Shown here: piece by piece, positions 1 to 12,471 of the stretch | Layout of the letters: every line of letters starts with the position of its first letter | How positions within the stretch are numbered: position 1 is the stretch's first letter | Origin: Tubiluchus corallicola | Taxonomy: Eukaryota; Animalia; Priapulida | NCBI GenBank assembly: GCA_030141605.1 | Contig: JAQGDQ010000009.1 | Location: forward strand, 1,178,001 to 1,242,000 | Direction: 5' to 3' | Length of the DNA stretch: 64,000 nucleotides | Translations under genes and position numbers: made by a program | The notes under the pieces: model-generated | What the model saw: only the letters and a program-made list of their open reading frames with translations | Databases searched by the model: none | What the model was told of the DNA's origin: nothing

Positions 1-736
1 TTTTATAACATGATTACCATCCTTTGATGAAACTTGACTCATGTTGGTATTAGCATCAGGAATTTAGGTCTATTTGATCAATCACCAACATGAAACAGTA
101 ATAATGAAACACTTCCAAGGATATGCTGATAGTTAATAGTGCTTTCATAAACTCATGTTATCGGTTTAAATTCAAAACAGAATTAACAATACATAATACC
201 AGTAATCCTGAGCATAATTGTATTTGTGAACACACACAAAAACACTAAATAAATGTCTTCTAATTTCAAGGTTTAAAATTAAATTATTAGGCGTTAAGAA
301 AGCTGTCAATAATTGCAGTTCAACAAAATGGCTAAGACTGAGTGAATAAATGGGAAAGTTAAATAACTAATAGAGATCTTGATGAGTGAAAGCTAGATAA
401 TAATAGACAAGATGGCTCATATTTGCTTTGATATAAGTATAAGTACTTCTAGATACCTTTCTGTTGAATGTAGCAAATTTCTACAATGTTCATTCCGGCA
501 ATATTCTTATTTCTGAATTAAATGTAAGAGAAACCTTTGAGCAAAAATTATTAGAAGACCAGCCACTAGTCTATATACATCAGTTAGTACATCATTTAAA
601 CATTTTCTCACGTGTCACAAAAGAAAACTGTTCATGCTATTGTATTCTATAAATAAATCACTAGCTGGTTAACTCAGTAATTGAAAGTGAAAAAATGCAC
701 CGGAAAAATATCGAGAGAACAGTTAACAAAATTTAC

Positions 737-3700
737 CAAAGTGATAGATCTTGACTTAACACTTCTTCCATTTTGTTTATCTCATTAATCCCTGGTAAGA
801 AGATCAGGAGAGACCCGCGTTCAGGAGCAAATTTTCCACCAGCGACACTAAAAAGTGAAGAAATACATAATGCATTACGCAGAAGCTGTAAAGTGTGAAC
901 TAAAATCCTGTGTTTATAAGATACAAAAATCCCTGTATGCTTTATGCTGTAGAATTAACTTATCAACTATACAAAAACACTCATGTATAAAATGACACAA
1001 AGTACTAACTGGCCCACAGCATACTCTGTTTTAAAAATGTCGTTCATAAACAATAATTCTTCGACACAAACTGAAGTGTAACAATAGTTACTAAATACTA
1101 TTTGTATCATATACAACTTTAAGCTACAAGAAAATGATAACAGGTCCTTGTATATATATGACACATTTATGATTAGCACTGGTAATTTAACGTGTAAAAT
1201 TTTCACTCACAGAGTCAGAATAAATGCATAAAATGAATACAAACTGTTGTTCTCTTTGTTCCATTTCATCAAATTTTAGCACAAGTTTGTAAGTTATTTG
1301 GTAAGCCTCATCTGTAATCCCAGGATCTCCGTAAACCGGATAAGGTACCTGTGAATGCAAATTTGTGGCATGTCTTAGATTATAGACTGGAAGACATAGA
1401 TAATTACCATTTTTTGTAATATGAGCCTGTGGCATCGCTAGGGAGGTGTGTGGAGCACGGGCCGCACCTGGTGACACTATCCCGGGGGTGACACCATAAA
1501 TGTAAGTGTATTTTTTTGGAGGGATAGTCACACAGACTGAGGTACTCGAGGAAACACAGAAACTGTGAAGGCACCTGAAAGCAGCAAATATTGAATCTGA
1601 AGAAGCAAAAAATGGACAGTATTGGACGTTACGACCTTCACAGCTGAGTGGGACTTTATTGAATTGATGTTGCTTCAATGTGTAAATACTTCATATAAAA
1701 AATTAAAAATATTAAAAGTTTGATTTTAAAACAAACATTGTCAATGCACTAAAGTGTCATTAGCACTTTAACTCAGTACGACAAACAAAACAAAATAACA
1801 TTGTCTAGATGATGTTTTTCCTAATCACCATAGCCAGTGCTAGCTACGTACATAAGATCTACTGAAGGATTTTGCATGATACAGTATATAAGCTTCAATG
1901 CACGTGTGACACCATGAGTACCGCTCCAGGAGACACCAACTCTAGCGATGCCCCTGATATCAGCTTGCAAATGAATGTCTTGCAGAAAAATCCTACCTCT
2001 CCAAGAACTCTCACATGTTCCATGTACCACTCTTGCACGGCAAACGATTTACCCTCCAATCCAACAATGGGAGCAGGTTCAAGATGGCCACCAATAGGGC
2101 AGGAAAAATACTTTGCAAACATGTCAGAGTCAATTGTAGCTGACATCAATATCACCTACAACATGTGCAAAAATTGTCATGCTAGGAAAAATTTATTTAT
2201 ATTCCATAACAGCTGCAGAAATGATACGTTTAAGAAAATTACCAGTGTCGAGCAGGTAAGCTACAGCAAAAAAGTAGCTAACTACAATTACAGTTACTAG
2301 GAAAACCATGTAGCTGTAAAAAAAGCTAAAAGCATTACGTAAGTCTTGTGGTGCTATTTTGTGGTACAATGAAGGTTTTATAGACAGCTGTTTGTGTGAA
2401 TAAACATATTTTACGAACAACAAACGTGAAATTTTTCTACATGTATAAAAGAGTTAAGAGAAATTCCATATTTTTGCTTCACATTCAATTACAAATAGCC
2501 CACAAATAAGAACACACCACTATAACACACAAGTGAAATAATCAAGGGAAAACAGAAGCAGTGGATGCTCACTGTTTGTATGTCCTTCTCACATAGATTT
2601 AAATGCCATGAGTGTGATGCTGATTGTTCGTGTGATGTTGATTGTTCCAAGCTATCAGCTGGCTTTGAAATGGTAATGGTTGTTGTGGCAGACATTTGAA
2701 GGTTAATGTCATTGTTACTACAATAAAATCATTGTAAACCTCACAGAATCTAACAGAATCTGTGTGGTACAAAACGTAGCAAATAATTAAAGTGTACATT
2801 ATGTTACAAAATTGAATTAGTGCACTATGCTAAATGCTACAGAAAAGAACTAGGGCTAAAGTTTACAAATAACCACACACAAAAAATTAATTAGTGAAGC
2901 GGATTAGGGTTTGGGGCTGGGGTTAGGGGATTAGGGTTAGGTTTGGGGCTGGGGTTAGGAGATTAGGATATTCAAAGTGTGTGTGGAATTGTAAACTCCT
3001 TCGAAAACTAGTTAACTGCGCCACAAATACCACTAAGCCATTATGAAATACTGAAATTTACCTTCACATTCCTTGAGTTAGTCCGCAACAGCTTCCGAGC
3101 AACAAGAAGACAAAAATCTGTATCTGAATCTCTCTCGTGAATCTATGTAAATAATAACAATAAATTGAATAACTCAGAAACATTTCAACATTACGTAATT
3201 TTAATACAATGATGAATGGAAGATCATTATCTATACTTATTTACTTGGCAATTTTGAAAAGTGACTTTCAGAACATGTAAAAAATTATATTACATTATTC
3301 TTTCTCAGAAACAATGCCTCCACGACATGATAAAACTACATCACAATATTCAACTGCAGTATTTGACTTAGAAATGCTAAAATTACCCAAAAAATATCAT
3401 TATGAAGAATGTATACAGAAAATGTAATATTTCCTATTCCAAAACACTCTCGAAGAAATACTCTAAACTTGTCACAAAGCAAAAAAAATTATTTGTACAG
3501 TTTAAATGAACTGCTATCAAAATTAAAAAAATTGCAGCCAATGTTACTACCAGTAATAATGTTTACATGCTTTGCCGCAAAAATATGTTTCTATTAGAAA
3601 TTTGGCCAGGAGCATGCCTGTGTAAGTATGCATAGTGTTTATATGCTTGCTGAAAAGTGAAAAAGTCCAAAGATCTTGAAGTCCAAGTTCGAGTTTGAAT

Positions 3701-6700
3701 CCAAGTCTGCTGAGATAATGCTGGAAAACGTACATCGCAAATGGCACACTATGCAGTGTATAATAACGCAATGGCAGTTAATTATTTCACAAACGGAGAC
3801 ATTCATTCACAACAATCATTCCATCAAAATGCTTACACTAAAAGTGCTTGTTATGGTACGTCTGGTTTTAAAGTGCACTTGAAACTCGGAGTTTTTAGGA
3901 AACAATTAACAAGCTCTGGTCAATTGGAAATCTTTTGTGGTGGTTACAGTTATTGTTATGTTTATTTTCAATTAAATCAATGGCTTAATAATTTAAAACA
4001 AACGAATTGAACTCACCTCGTCAAGAACAACATGTGTGTATTCAGTCATTGATTTTTTATGTACTAATTTTTCCAAGAGCACTCCTGTAGTGACGTACAA
4101 CAATCTTGTGTCCGGACCAAAATTCTTCTCTAACCCAATCTGTATTAACGTGATTATACAAAGTTGAGAAATAGACGCATTTTGCTAAAAATGTTCACAC
4201 AACACAATCAGCAGTAAAAAATATTGTCAGAAAAAGACAAATCCTTTTTAAAATGTGACGTAACCTTTTTGCTACAGGTAGCACACTAAATCATCTTTGT
4301 ATGCTCGTACTTCTTCACAAGAAAGAAATCTGCTAAAAACAAAACCTACACATTTGCTACAATTATTTCAATGCAAAAGACGTCACAACACATTTCAAAT
4401 CAGTGAGGATGCAGACAATTTCTTTATCATAAAACAATTTAAGCAACAAGTGTATTATATCGTTATGTTAAGGCGTGTACCATAACGTACAGGCTCATGC
4501 CATCTTGCTTAACCTTGTTACATAGTTTCTATGATAGAATCAGTTTACTGTACTTGTTTAAAGTTTTCAACATTATAAACTGCATACGTTAATTTAAACG
4601 TAGTTACGATTTGAATGCATGTTAAGATCTGATCTAGTTAAAAATAGGTAGATAGGTAACGAACGAGATAAAAGTTTAACTATTTAGACATACACATAAC
4701 ATCCCCATACCTGATAGCCAACAAGTCCACCTAGTTGCCACTTCTGTTCAGCACAGACACGTTTTGCAATGCTCATAGCAGCAATACGCCTAGGTTGAGT
4801 GACGATGATGTTACAATGTCTTTTCTGCTGATAGGCATGCTCTAGGATGTACTGAGGCACTTGTGTAGTTTTGCCACTGCCGGTACATCCTTGAATCACA
4901 GTCACCTGGTTGCTATCAATGGTGCTGACGATCTACAAGCATATGAGAACATTTTAAAGTTCCCACCACTGAGAATGAATTATTAAGCTTCTTCAAAGTT
5001 TTCTGCCAAATAAAAGAATAGTGCTATAATTTAATATAATTCCAGCAAACCTGTTTAAATACTATTAGCTGCCAAAAGAAAATTCATACTAACATTTTAC
5101 AGTTCTGTGTTACACAAAAGATGTAAAAAGCTTACAACAAACTTTAAACGTGAAGAATTATTACAGCTCAGTACGAAAAACATAATTATTTATTTTAATT
5201 TAGCAAATTTAACAACACATCTTGTTTTCTAACCTTTTCGCGATATTTGGAGATGACTAAATCTCTCTTCTGTTCAGTACGAAATACATAATTTTGAAAT
5301 ATTTGCACGGTCTCATCTGTCCTCTCTTCAGCTTCAGCAGTGACTAGTGGTGCGAAGCTGTCAGGCTCCAAGTCTTCTAAACCATGACTAGCCATTGAAA
5401 GAGAAGGCAGCAATCCACTTAGTTCAATCGGTACCTCTTTTGATGTCGACTAAAATAAAACAGCAGTTGTACGATGATTTAAGATGTAAGATGTAAGTGT
5501 ATTAAGATAATGTAAGATGTAAGTGAACTAAACAAACAACAAACGGAAAACACTGACATCACTGCCTGAAGTGTAGTGTGTATAGTCTACAGGAGTATAA
5601 AACCATAGTTTATAGCTTGTTAGTGAATGATTGCATGTACGTCAAAATATAATCCATTCATTGAAAAAAATCACATAATTTCAATAGCAAAATGTGTATT
5701 AAAATTTACAATTATCCTTCAAGAATTCTCAGTGTTTTGTCTTTCCTAGACTATGATTCTTAGAGAGGATGAAAGGTTCTAAAATAATCAATAACGATTA
5801 AGCCCTGCTTTTGTTTACGTAAAGCAATAGCTTTATATAAATCCTTGCAAAAATGTAACAACATTGTGAAGAGAAATATGTCAACTAATAGCTTCAAATA
5901 TTTACAGTGTGCCATGTTGTATGAAAATGTTCAAAATACCAATATAAGGGCAAAACAAGGAAAAGAGAATACCTGAATCAGAGCTCTGTCTTCCGCCTCC
6001 TTGTAAGCTTTTGCATAGTCATGCGCACCTACTTTCCTACAACATAAAATATCAAAAAAGGATTTCTTTTATTCAGAGACAATGGTGAGCTTTTGATAGA
6101 ACATGTGATTCTTTTTGTATTGTTATTTGTATTTGCAAATTGTTAAGCAACTGTTTAAAGCAGTTTAGATTAAAATATACCAGTAGACTCATCGTGTGAA
6201 AGCAAACGAAATGCAACAAAACCAAAAGTTGCAACTTGAAATGATGAGATTTTAATGATTTAGAAACAATTTGTCATTTATGCAATTTTTAACTATCTTC
6301 TTATCAGCATCTGTTGATGGCACCCATTATGAGAGTCAACATAATAAAATGCTATGTCCTTATGTATAAAATCTACATCTTTTGTGAATTTATATGTACA
6401 ATGTATTGGTGTTTTTATCAGGTGCGAAACGTGGCAATTAGAATTTTACAGAAACAATTTTATGTCCAACACTTTGTTGTGATATAATATGGAACAATTA
6501 CTATCTCAAAAATTAAAGTTGTAACTCTTAACCTGTATTGTACTTTGTTTGGTTTTCTGGTAGATTCCACTGACATTTGACTGTTCACTAAAAGTACTGT
6601 TACATCACCTGTACGTAAATTCACTATACTCTATACAAATTTGCATAGAACTGCACATTAAAAATAAAAACCATATCTCGCATGTTGACTATGAAAAGCA

Positions 6701-7192
6701 GCCTTTGTTACTAATACTTAACAATGTATGTGAGCTGTACAGTTCTCAGAAGATTAAATTCTAGTTCAAGACTGATTGTTCCGATATGTTAAAGGTGAAT
6801 ATTCAGGTGTTGAGAATACATAACATTCAAAAACACACGAAACATTGCACCAGTCTGATGTTAAAATTTAAGTTAACTAGCAACTTTTTGACTGAGATTG
6901 AAAAGCAATGATTGATCAAATTATAATTTAATAGCAATAAATTCAAAAGAAAAGTTTACTTTTTGAAATTCAGAACACGCAAGCCTCGTCCTCTTCCCCG
7001 GTTTAAAAGAGCAACATCCTCTTCTTCGTCTTCGCCAGGTCTCACAGTTGGACGCCAGCCCACTCTGGCACCTCCTTTAGCAAACGTTGGATTTGTAGTA
7101 GCCACAACGGATTTTACTTTGATGGGAGCTTTTGGTAGCCCAAACCAGCTATCAATCTGTTCTAGTGTGGCTTCGTCGGTTAACCTGCTCAT
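737..7192 (-). CDS. TDRD9: TDRD9/spindle-E DExH-box RNA helicase (piRNA pathway), 5' portion; continues beyond left edge
   Basis: In-frame GT-AG exons 7192-6960, 6036-5973, 5449-5234, 4932-4711, 4139-4017, 3142-3062, 2155-1997, 1348-1245, 847-737. They encode GCTGSGKTTQVPQYILE (motif I), VTQPRRIAAMSIAKRV (Ia), YVTTGVLL, VVLDE|IHERD (DEIH), ILMSAT (III) and RGSLLIFLPGINEI (IV), resembling TDRD9/spn-E as I recall them. Tudor domain not in window. Confidence 0.85.
1427..1956. mobile_element. Non-autonomous hAT-like MITE in a TDRD9 intron
   Basis: TIRs ctgtggcatcgctag (1427-1441) and ctagcgatgcccctg (1942-1956), 13/15 match; 8-bp TSD atatgagc / atatcagc (1 mismatch); subterminal gtgacac motifs at both ends. 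Confidence 0.8.
2860..2997. mobile_element. Small inverted-repeat element with degenerate TTAGGG-like core
   Basis: Imperfect IR agtttacaaataaccacacac (2860-2880) / gtgtgtggaattgtaaact (2979-2997) around a G-rich ttaggg/ggggctgggg core (2901-2967). Confidence 0.6.
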
Positions 7193-8309
7193 TTTGCACT
7201 CTTTCAGTGATTCAGCAACACCAACATCTACAAAATTAGTCAATATAAGAAAATTAAAAAATATTTAAACTTAGGAAAATGTAACAAAGAAATTGGCAAA
7301 AAAAACATCTATAAATAATAAAGTTAACTTATACTATAGCTGTAAAGAAATTTTCAGGCATGGTACTAGCTATCATTTATTTTAAATTATGGCGTGACTG
7401 GTGGATTTCGTGATTTCCGTAAGCACATTGTGGTTTTCCGTGAGCGCATGGTCCTTAAACTAATTCATACTTCAGCAGCTTACTTAACGTTCACGTAAAA
7501 AATCTTGCAAAACCTCATATTAAATTTTTCATGAAAAACTGACTGTGCACTACCCTTCTACACTTTTCACGAACATTGAAGTAAGCCTATCTTCCCAGAA
7601 GTCTTGTTTTCCCTTTAAGTTTGCAACCAGTCCTTCGTTTTATTAAGACCTTAGTTGAAAGTTCTTAAATTTGCAATTTGTAGTTAACTACACCCTGTAT
7701 GGCCCCCTGTATGACCATTGAAAAAGTCATCCAAACTGTCCAAAGAATACAGAGTGAAAATAAGTCAAATTAATTAGGTTTTTACAAACTTTAAAAACAA
7801 ATAAGCTGCCTGCAGTTATAAGTGACCTAATAAATGTTAGTAGCTCTTTAATATATTTTTAAATTAAAAGATGAAAAAGGAACTCTATAGTAATTTTTTA
7901 TATTATTGTATATGATTAGTGTTTTTAGCTAATGATTTTACCCATTAGCCATTTACTAAAAATTGCAAGAACAAACGTCACATACCATTAGTAGCCATTA
8001 TTTGCTGATCCATTAAAGCCATTTGCAGAATGTCTTGATTAACATATTACTAATGTAACAAACAAGCCCACATATTTACAAAAGTCTAAAAACTCTGCAA
8101 TGTTTCAAAATCAGTAAACACTACTAATTTACTTTTGTGATTCGTACAATAAAGAACAAGCTATAACTTTTTTCATTTTCTAGTGAAAGTAACGATAAAT
8201 GACTGTTAGTCAACTAAATTAAACAAAAGCTTGCATCTTTATAAAACAGTTGGATGTGGAAATACAAAAATAAGCAGCAGAAAGACGACTTGTCAAAAAG
8301 AGAATTACA

Positions 8310-9263
8310 ATGGATCAGACTTATGAAAATGTCTCATCTTTAACCGATGCTGCTCAGCTATATGCTTCAACTCAAGCAATCATGGGTGCTTGTTTACTGT
8401 TACTTGGAATAGCGATCATTACAGCAAATGGTATCGTTATATTGACTGTAATTAAATCGCACGTTCTGCACACACCACTGTACTACATACTGTGCAGTTT
8501 GTCTATTGCAGATTTGTTTGTCGGAATAATCATTGTTGCAGGGCTAATTGTCTATAACTTGATAGAAGTAACAACAAGTGATATTGTGATTTGCGGAATT
8601 TTACATGGATTTAATCACAATTCTATTGGCATTTCAATTTTCATGTACTCTGACGCCGTGATCGAAAGATTCATCAGTATCAATTACCCTCTTCGTTACC
8701 ACAGCCTGCTGTCGGAACGGAGAGTGATCCTGTGTCTGGTTGCCCAGTGGTTGTTTCTATGTATGACGTTGATCACCTATATCATGTCGTTCATTGACTC
8801 CGCTAGCATTCTGTACAAATGTGTTCCAGAACCAACCAGCATTTTCATGGATGGAATATTTTATGTAGCTACCATTTCATATCCTGTTCAATTCATGTTC
8901 ATTCTTTTTCTTTATGGCATCATCTTAAGAACAGCCTTAAAACAGGTGAAAAGAACACATGCTCTGAATTCCATTTCACGGCAGGTAGAAGAAACCATGG
9001 CTTCACAAATTCGTGCAAAAATGAGACCAATTAAAGCCCTTGGCATGGCCATCATGTTTTTCCTTACTGGATATGTGCCGCTGATATTTACTAATATTGT
9101 ATGGATAAAGACTGGAGAAAACTGGATCATAAATCGATATAATTACTACTGGTTTTATATACCAGCCTACTGTAACTCTTTTGCAAATGTATTCGTGTAC
9201 ATAGCAAGCCTAGATGAATTCAGAAATGAAATGAAAAAGCTTTTCAGCATTCACCGAAGATAA
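8310..9263 (+). CDS. Intronless orphan rhodopsin-family (class A) GPCR, 317 aa
   Basis: Seven hydrophobic segments; N-terminal N-glycosylation sequon NVS; TM1 AN, TM2 LSIADL, TM3 ERF followed by YPLRY, TM6 FLTGYVP, TM7 NSFANVFVY and helix-8 EFR. Confidence 0.92.
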   Translation: MDQTYENVSSLTDAAQLYASTQAIMGACLLLLGIAIITANGIVILTVIKSHVLHTPLYYILCSLSIADLFVGIIIVAGLIVYNLIEVTTSDIVICGILHGFNHNSIGISIFMYSDAVIERFISINYPLRYHSLLSERRVILCLVAQWLFLCMTLITYIMSFIDSASILYKCVPEPTSIFMDGIFYVATISYPVQFMFILFLYGIILRTALKQVKRTHALNSISRQVEETMASQIRAKMRPIKALGMAIMFFLTGYVPLIFTNIVWIKTGENWIINRYNYYWFYIPAYCNSFANVFVYIASLDEFRNEMKKLFSIHRR

Positions 9264-9399
9264 TGACTGACACATAGAAGAAATATCAATATATTTAGAA
9301 GAAATGTTCAATTTTTGAGCAACAGCTTGTTGAAGAAGTCTTTTGAAGCACAAAATGATAAATTTAAATCACACAGATGTGTCCAAAACTCATAGTACC

Positions 9400-10008
9400 T
9401 AATGCCAGGGTTTTATGGGGCTGCGATTTTTTTGAGACAATCGAAAAATTCTTGCGACTGCATTTATGTTGCAGATCATTCTTACAAAGTTCGCACAAGT
9501 TTTAACGGGAATTTTTTGCATTTTTCCTCGTGTCAAAATCGTATGACATGTCTGTGAGTATTTGGTGACTTTTGAAACACTTAATGCGACACATACGTGA
9601 CAAGGCGTATGTTGCAAGAAATTTGTGCGAGTATATTGCAATCATTTCACGAATTTTTGCAGAAAGAAGAGCACGATAACTGAGGCTCACAAAAAAGCTG
9701 CATTGTCAAAATGTTGCAAGATACGCAAAAGTTGCCGGAACACTCTCATAAGAGTCTCACTATCTTTGCCAAGATCTCGCGGATTCTGAAATTGATACTA
9801 ATGTCTGGTGCATGTTATGACAACCTTACAACAGTTTGGCGAAGCTTTGGCGAAGTAGCAAGTTTTGCAATTCCATTGACAAACTTTAAATATTTAAAAA
9901 AAAATTGACTTTTGATGACAATGACAAACAGTGCATGTTTCGCAATTGTTTGGAGAACTTTTGGTGACCATTGGATTTGGAAATTTGCGGATAGTGAAAG
10001 CCTGGTTT
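9400..10008. mobile_element. Possible degenerate non-autonomous DNA element
   Basis: CpG-rich non-coding block with recurring cgca/gcga motifs; weak terminal similarity gccagggtttt / aaagcctggtt. No clear TSD. Confidence 0.3.
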
Positions 10009-10036
10009 AAGCAGTAAACACATACAAATCGCTTTA

Positions 10037-10235
10037 TGTCCAGATGTCCTGTGTTAAAATGTCCACTGTGTCCAAATGACCTGTGTCCATAAAGCCTTGT
10101 GCCCAAACTACCTGTGTCGAAATAAATATGGGTCCAAGCTCCAAAGGCCTTGTGTCAAAATTACCTATCTGTCCAAATGTCTATTGACAAAACGTTCCTG
10201 TATCAAAATACCTGTGTCGAAATGTCTGCATACCG
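10037..10235. repeat. Degenerate ~15-bp tandem repeat (tgtgtccaaatgacc-like), probably the internal array of a transposon remnant
   Basis: Roughly a dozen diverged units such as tgtgtccaaatgacc, tgtgtcgaaat, tgtgtcaaaattacc, ending in ataccg. Confidence 0.6.
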
Positions 10236-10673
10236 TTTTTAAATGTTGTGATAGCGCCACAAAAGAAATCAAATTGCAAAGTACAAGTTTAATAATTAAT
10301 ATAACACAAAAGGGCTTTTGACACATCAAAGCTATCCGCATATGAAAGACAACGTAGCTATGTAAGAGGGTAGCCGAGAGGGAAAAGACCACATAGTTAC
10401 ATGCTGTCCCACATTTTTAAATTCAGAATCATCTACATAAGTACTAGACCAGTCTGGAACAATTACCTGTATTTCTAAAAAGTATTTTGCGACACACTAG
10501 ATTACAAACAAGAAATCTAAATACAACGTCTTTAAGTTTGATTTTTATATTATGAAGAACAGAATAGAAAAACAAATCTCTGCATTCGCGAAAAAAGTTA
10601 GTTGAAAAATGTTTTTAGCACAAATTATAACTGAAAAAGTTATAACTATATTTCACAAGCAAATGTAGATATA

Positions 10674-11395
10674 GGGCGCAAAGTACGCCACTAGCCCAAG
10701 CAGGACACTCGTTAAGGCGCTTGTGCTAAATTTGCGGGATAACAGTGTCGTACATGGGCGCCCAAGTAACCGCACTGGCAATTTCTGTTGAAAATCGAGA
10801 ATTATGACATAATGAAACGTAAAACTGAATTTGTTTTAGAAAAAAAGTAACTTTATAATAATGATGGATACTCCTTGACAATTTACAATGTATTTTTTAC
10901 AATAGTATCGTCACTATTATTAGCGCCATTAACATCATCATAACATTAAACTAAGTATCCAATGTTTTAAGGAGAGAAACTATGTAGGGCACATAACTCG
11001 CTAGCCCGTTTATTTAGTAGAAAACAATTATTTGTCCAAGAGGTAGTGGAGCGAATCACCTGTCTGTGAAGCAAGACAAAATAAAAATGATATACCTTAA
11101 GCAAATGTTGGAATCGCCTAAGAAGTGGGCTTATTTCGCTTCAAAAAGATTAATATCGAAGCCAAATTTAATATTGGCCATTTTACTAACTCAAAATAAG
11201 ATTCTTTTATTTGACCAGAATACATATGAATTATTCAACGTTTTTGACGTTTTCAAATAATATTATTAAATAAAAAAGGATAACGGGCGCTGCCAGTAGG
11301 GTTAGCGACTCAATTTGACCAGCCTCTAGTGTCCTACTTGGGGTAGCCCATGTACGCCAATTGTCCTACTTCGGCTAGTGGATTACTCGGCGCCC
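10674..11395. mobile_element. ~720-bp MITE with ~35-bp TIRs
   Basis: Left gggcgcaaagtacgccactagcccaagcaggac versus reverse complement of right gggcgccgagtaatccactagccgaagtaggac. Second inverted subterminal pair tacatgggcgcccaagta (10751) / tacttggggtagcccatgta (~11335). Left flank TA. Confidence 0.75.
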
Positions 11396-11514
11396 AACAC
11401 ATTGGACGATGATGATGATTTCACTTCAGGGTTTTGCTATTAAATGTTTTTGAAACTATTATTCTTAGTTACTTGTTGCAGAAGTGCTTATCTCTACTGT
11501 TAGCAAGTAATGAG

Positions 11515-11529
11515 GTTCCCAATGGTGAC
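11515..11529 (+). promoter_or_regulatory. RFX X-box-like motif at the putative EFCAB7 non-coding first exon
   Basis: GTTCCC-AAT-GGTGAC, immediately followed by a good donor AAG|GTGAGA (11533/11534); matching acceptor ttttcttctag at 13155. Confidence 0.4.
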
Positions 11530-11689
11530 GAAGGTGAGAGATCTATGGTAGATGGTTTTCAGGTGAAGAAGTCGAGTAAAGACTAAAGTTAGTATTATTT
11601 ACTTAATGAAAAATATTTAGGCTTAACTACTGTACTAGTAGTGCTACTTAGAGAAAGTGAAAATGGAAATTGTTGGAAAGAAAGGATTC

Positions 11690-11900
11690 AGGATTTGAGA
11701 AAAGCTATTGGTGCATTAAAGTATACGGCTATCTCTTCAGATTCAAGAAGAAAAGTGGATAGAACTGGATGGAAGGTCCATAATTGAATAGAGTGCCGAT
11801 AATTGTGCCTAAGATAATGTAGAGTTGTGTTTGTAGGATATTTTATCAGAAAAAGGTGAACTTTTATGATAGTATGCAGGATGAATTTGTAAGATAACAT
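11690..11900 (-). mobile_element. Degenerate LINE ORF2 3' remnant (CR1/L2-like)
   Basis: Translation LSYKFILH...LRHNYRHSIQLW, then frameshifted LPSS, resembles LINE ORF2 C-termini. Confidence 0.4.
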
Positions 11901-12360
11901 GAATATAGAAAAAAAGGTGTAGTAGAGCTGCTGTGAGAGGAGAACTTAGATTATGTTTATGGATAATGACAGACTGGTTAAAATGGTAATAGCCTTTGCA
12001 GTGTGTAGCAGAATCGGGTCTAAGTGGGTTAGAAGAATGCCATTTTTAGCTGCCTAACTTAATTTAAAAGTCTTTGGAAACATTTTTGCTCTAGGAGAAG
12101 TTTCGCAGGATGGGTTGATAAAATAACTGACATAAATTCTAGTGAAAAAGGTTGGAATCACTTAATTGAAAAAATGGTGAACGAAAAGGGTTGCAGGACA
12201 AAATTGACTGCTACCGCTGATGTTCTTTGCTAATATGATGTTTTCTATCTGCTACATGTGTTCTATGTAAAATGTTTTACTGCTAATATGTATTTGAACA
12301 ACAACAAGCCAACAATCTTATTTTGAAAGCTGGATGAACGATATGTATAATACTAAATTG

Positions 12361-12471
12361 CTGGTGCGAACAAGCATCGGTGCATGGGAAATTAATAGAA
12401 ATCCACTATTTAGATGGAAGATAACTGACCGTGATAGACTTTGTAAGTGTGGAGAATGCACAAATAAATAA
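12361..12471 (+). mobile_element. Degenerate LINE C-terminal zinc-knuckle remnant
   Basis: Translates LVRTSIG...LFRWKITDRDRLCKCGE, like the RLRTG...L.RW....C.CG pattern of non-LTR elements. Confidence 0.4.

Noticed and set aside
2901-2967. True interstitial telomere or fusion site
   Set aside because: Only a few exact TTAGGG units, no head-to-head arrays, and enclosed by inverted repeats.
6533-6608. Candidate extra TDRD9 exon
   Set aside because: The best acceptor (6609-6610) gives an immediate stop in the required phase, and exon 7192-6960 already splices in frame to 6036. Only a 48-nt cassette (6580-6533) with a weak acceptor is possible, and it is unsupported.
6963-7268. 101-aa plus-strand ORF
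   Set aside because: Antisense shadow of TDRD9 exon 1; no ATG start.
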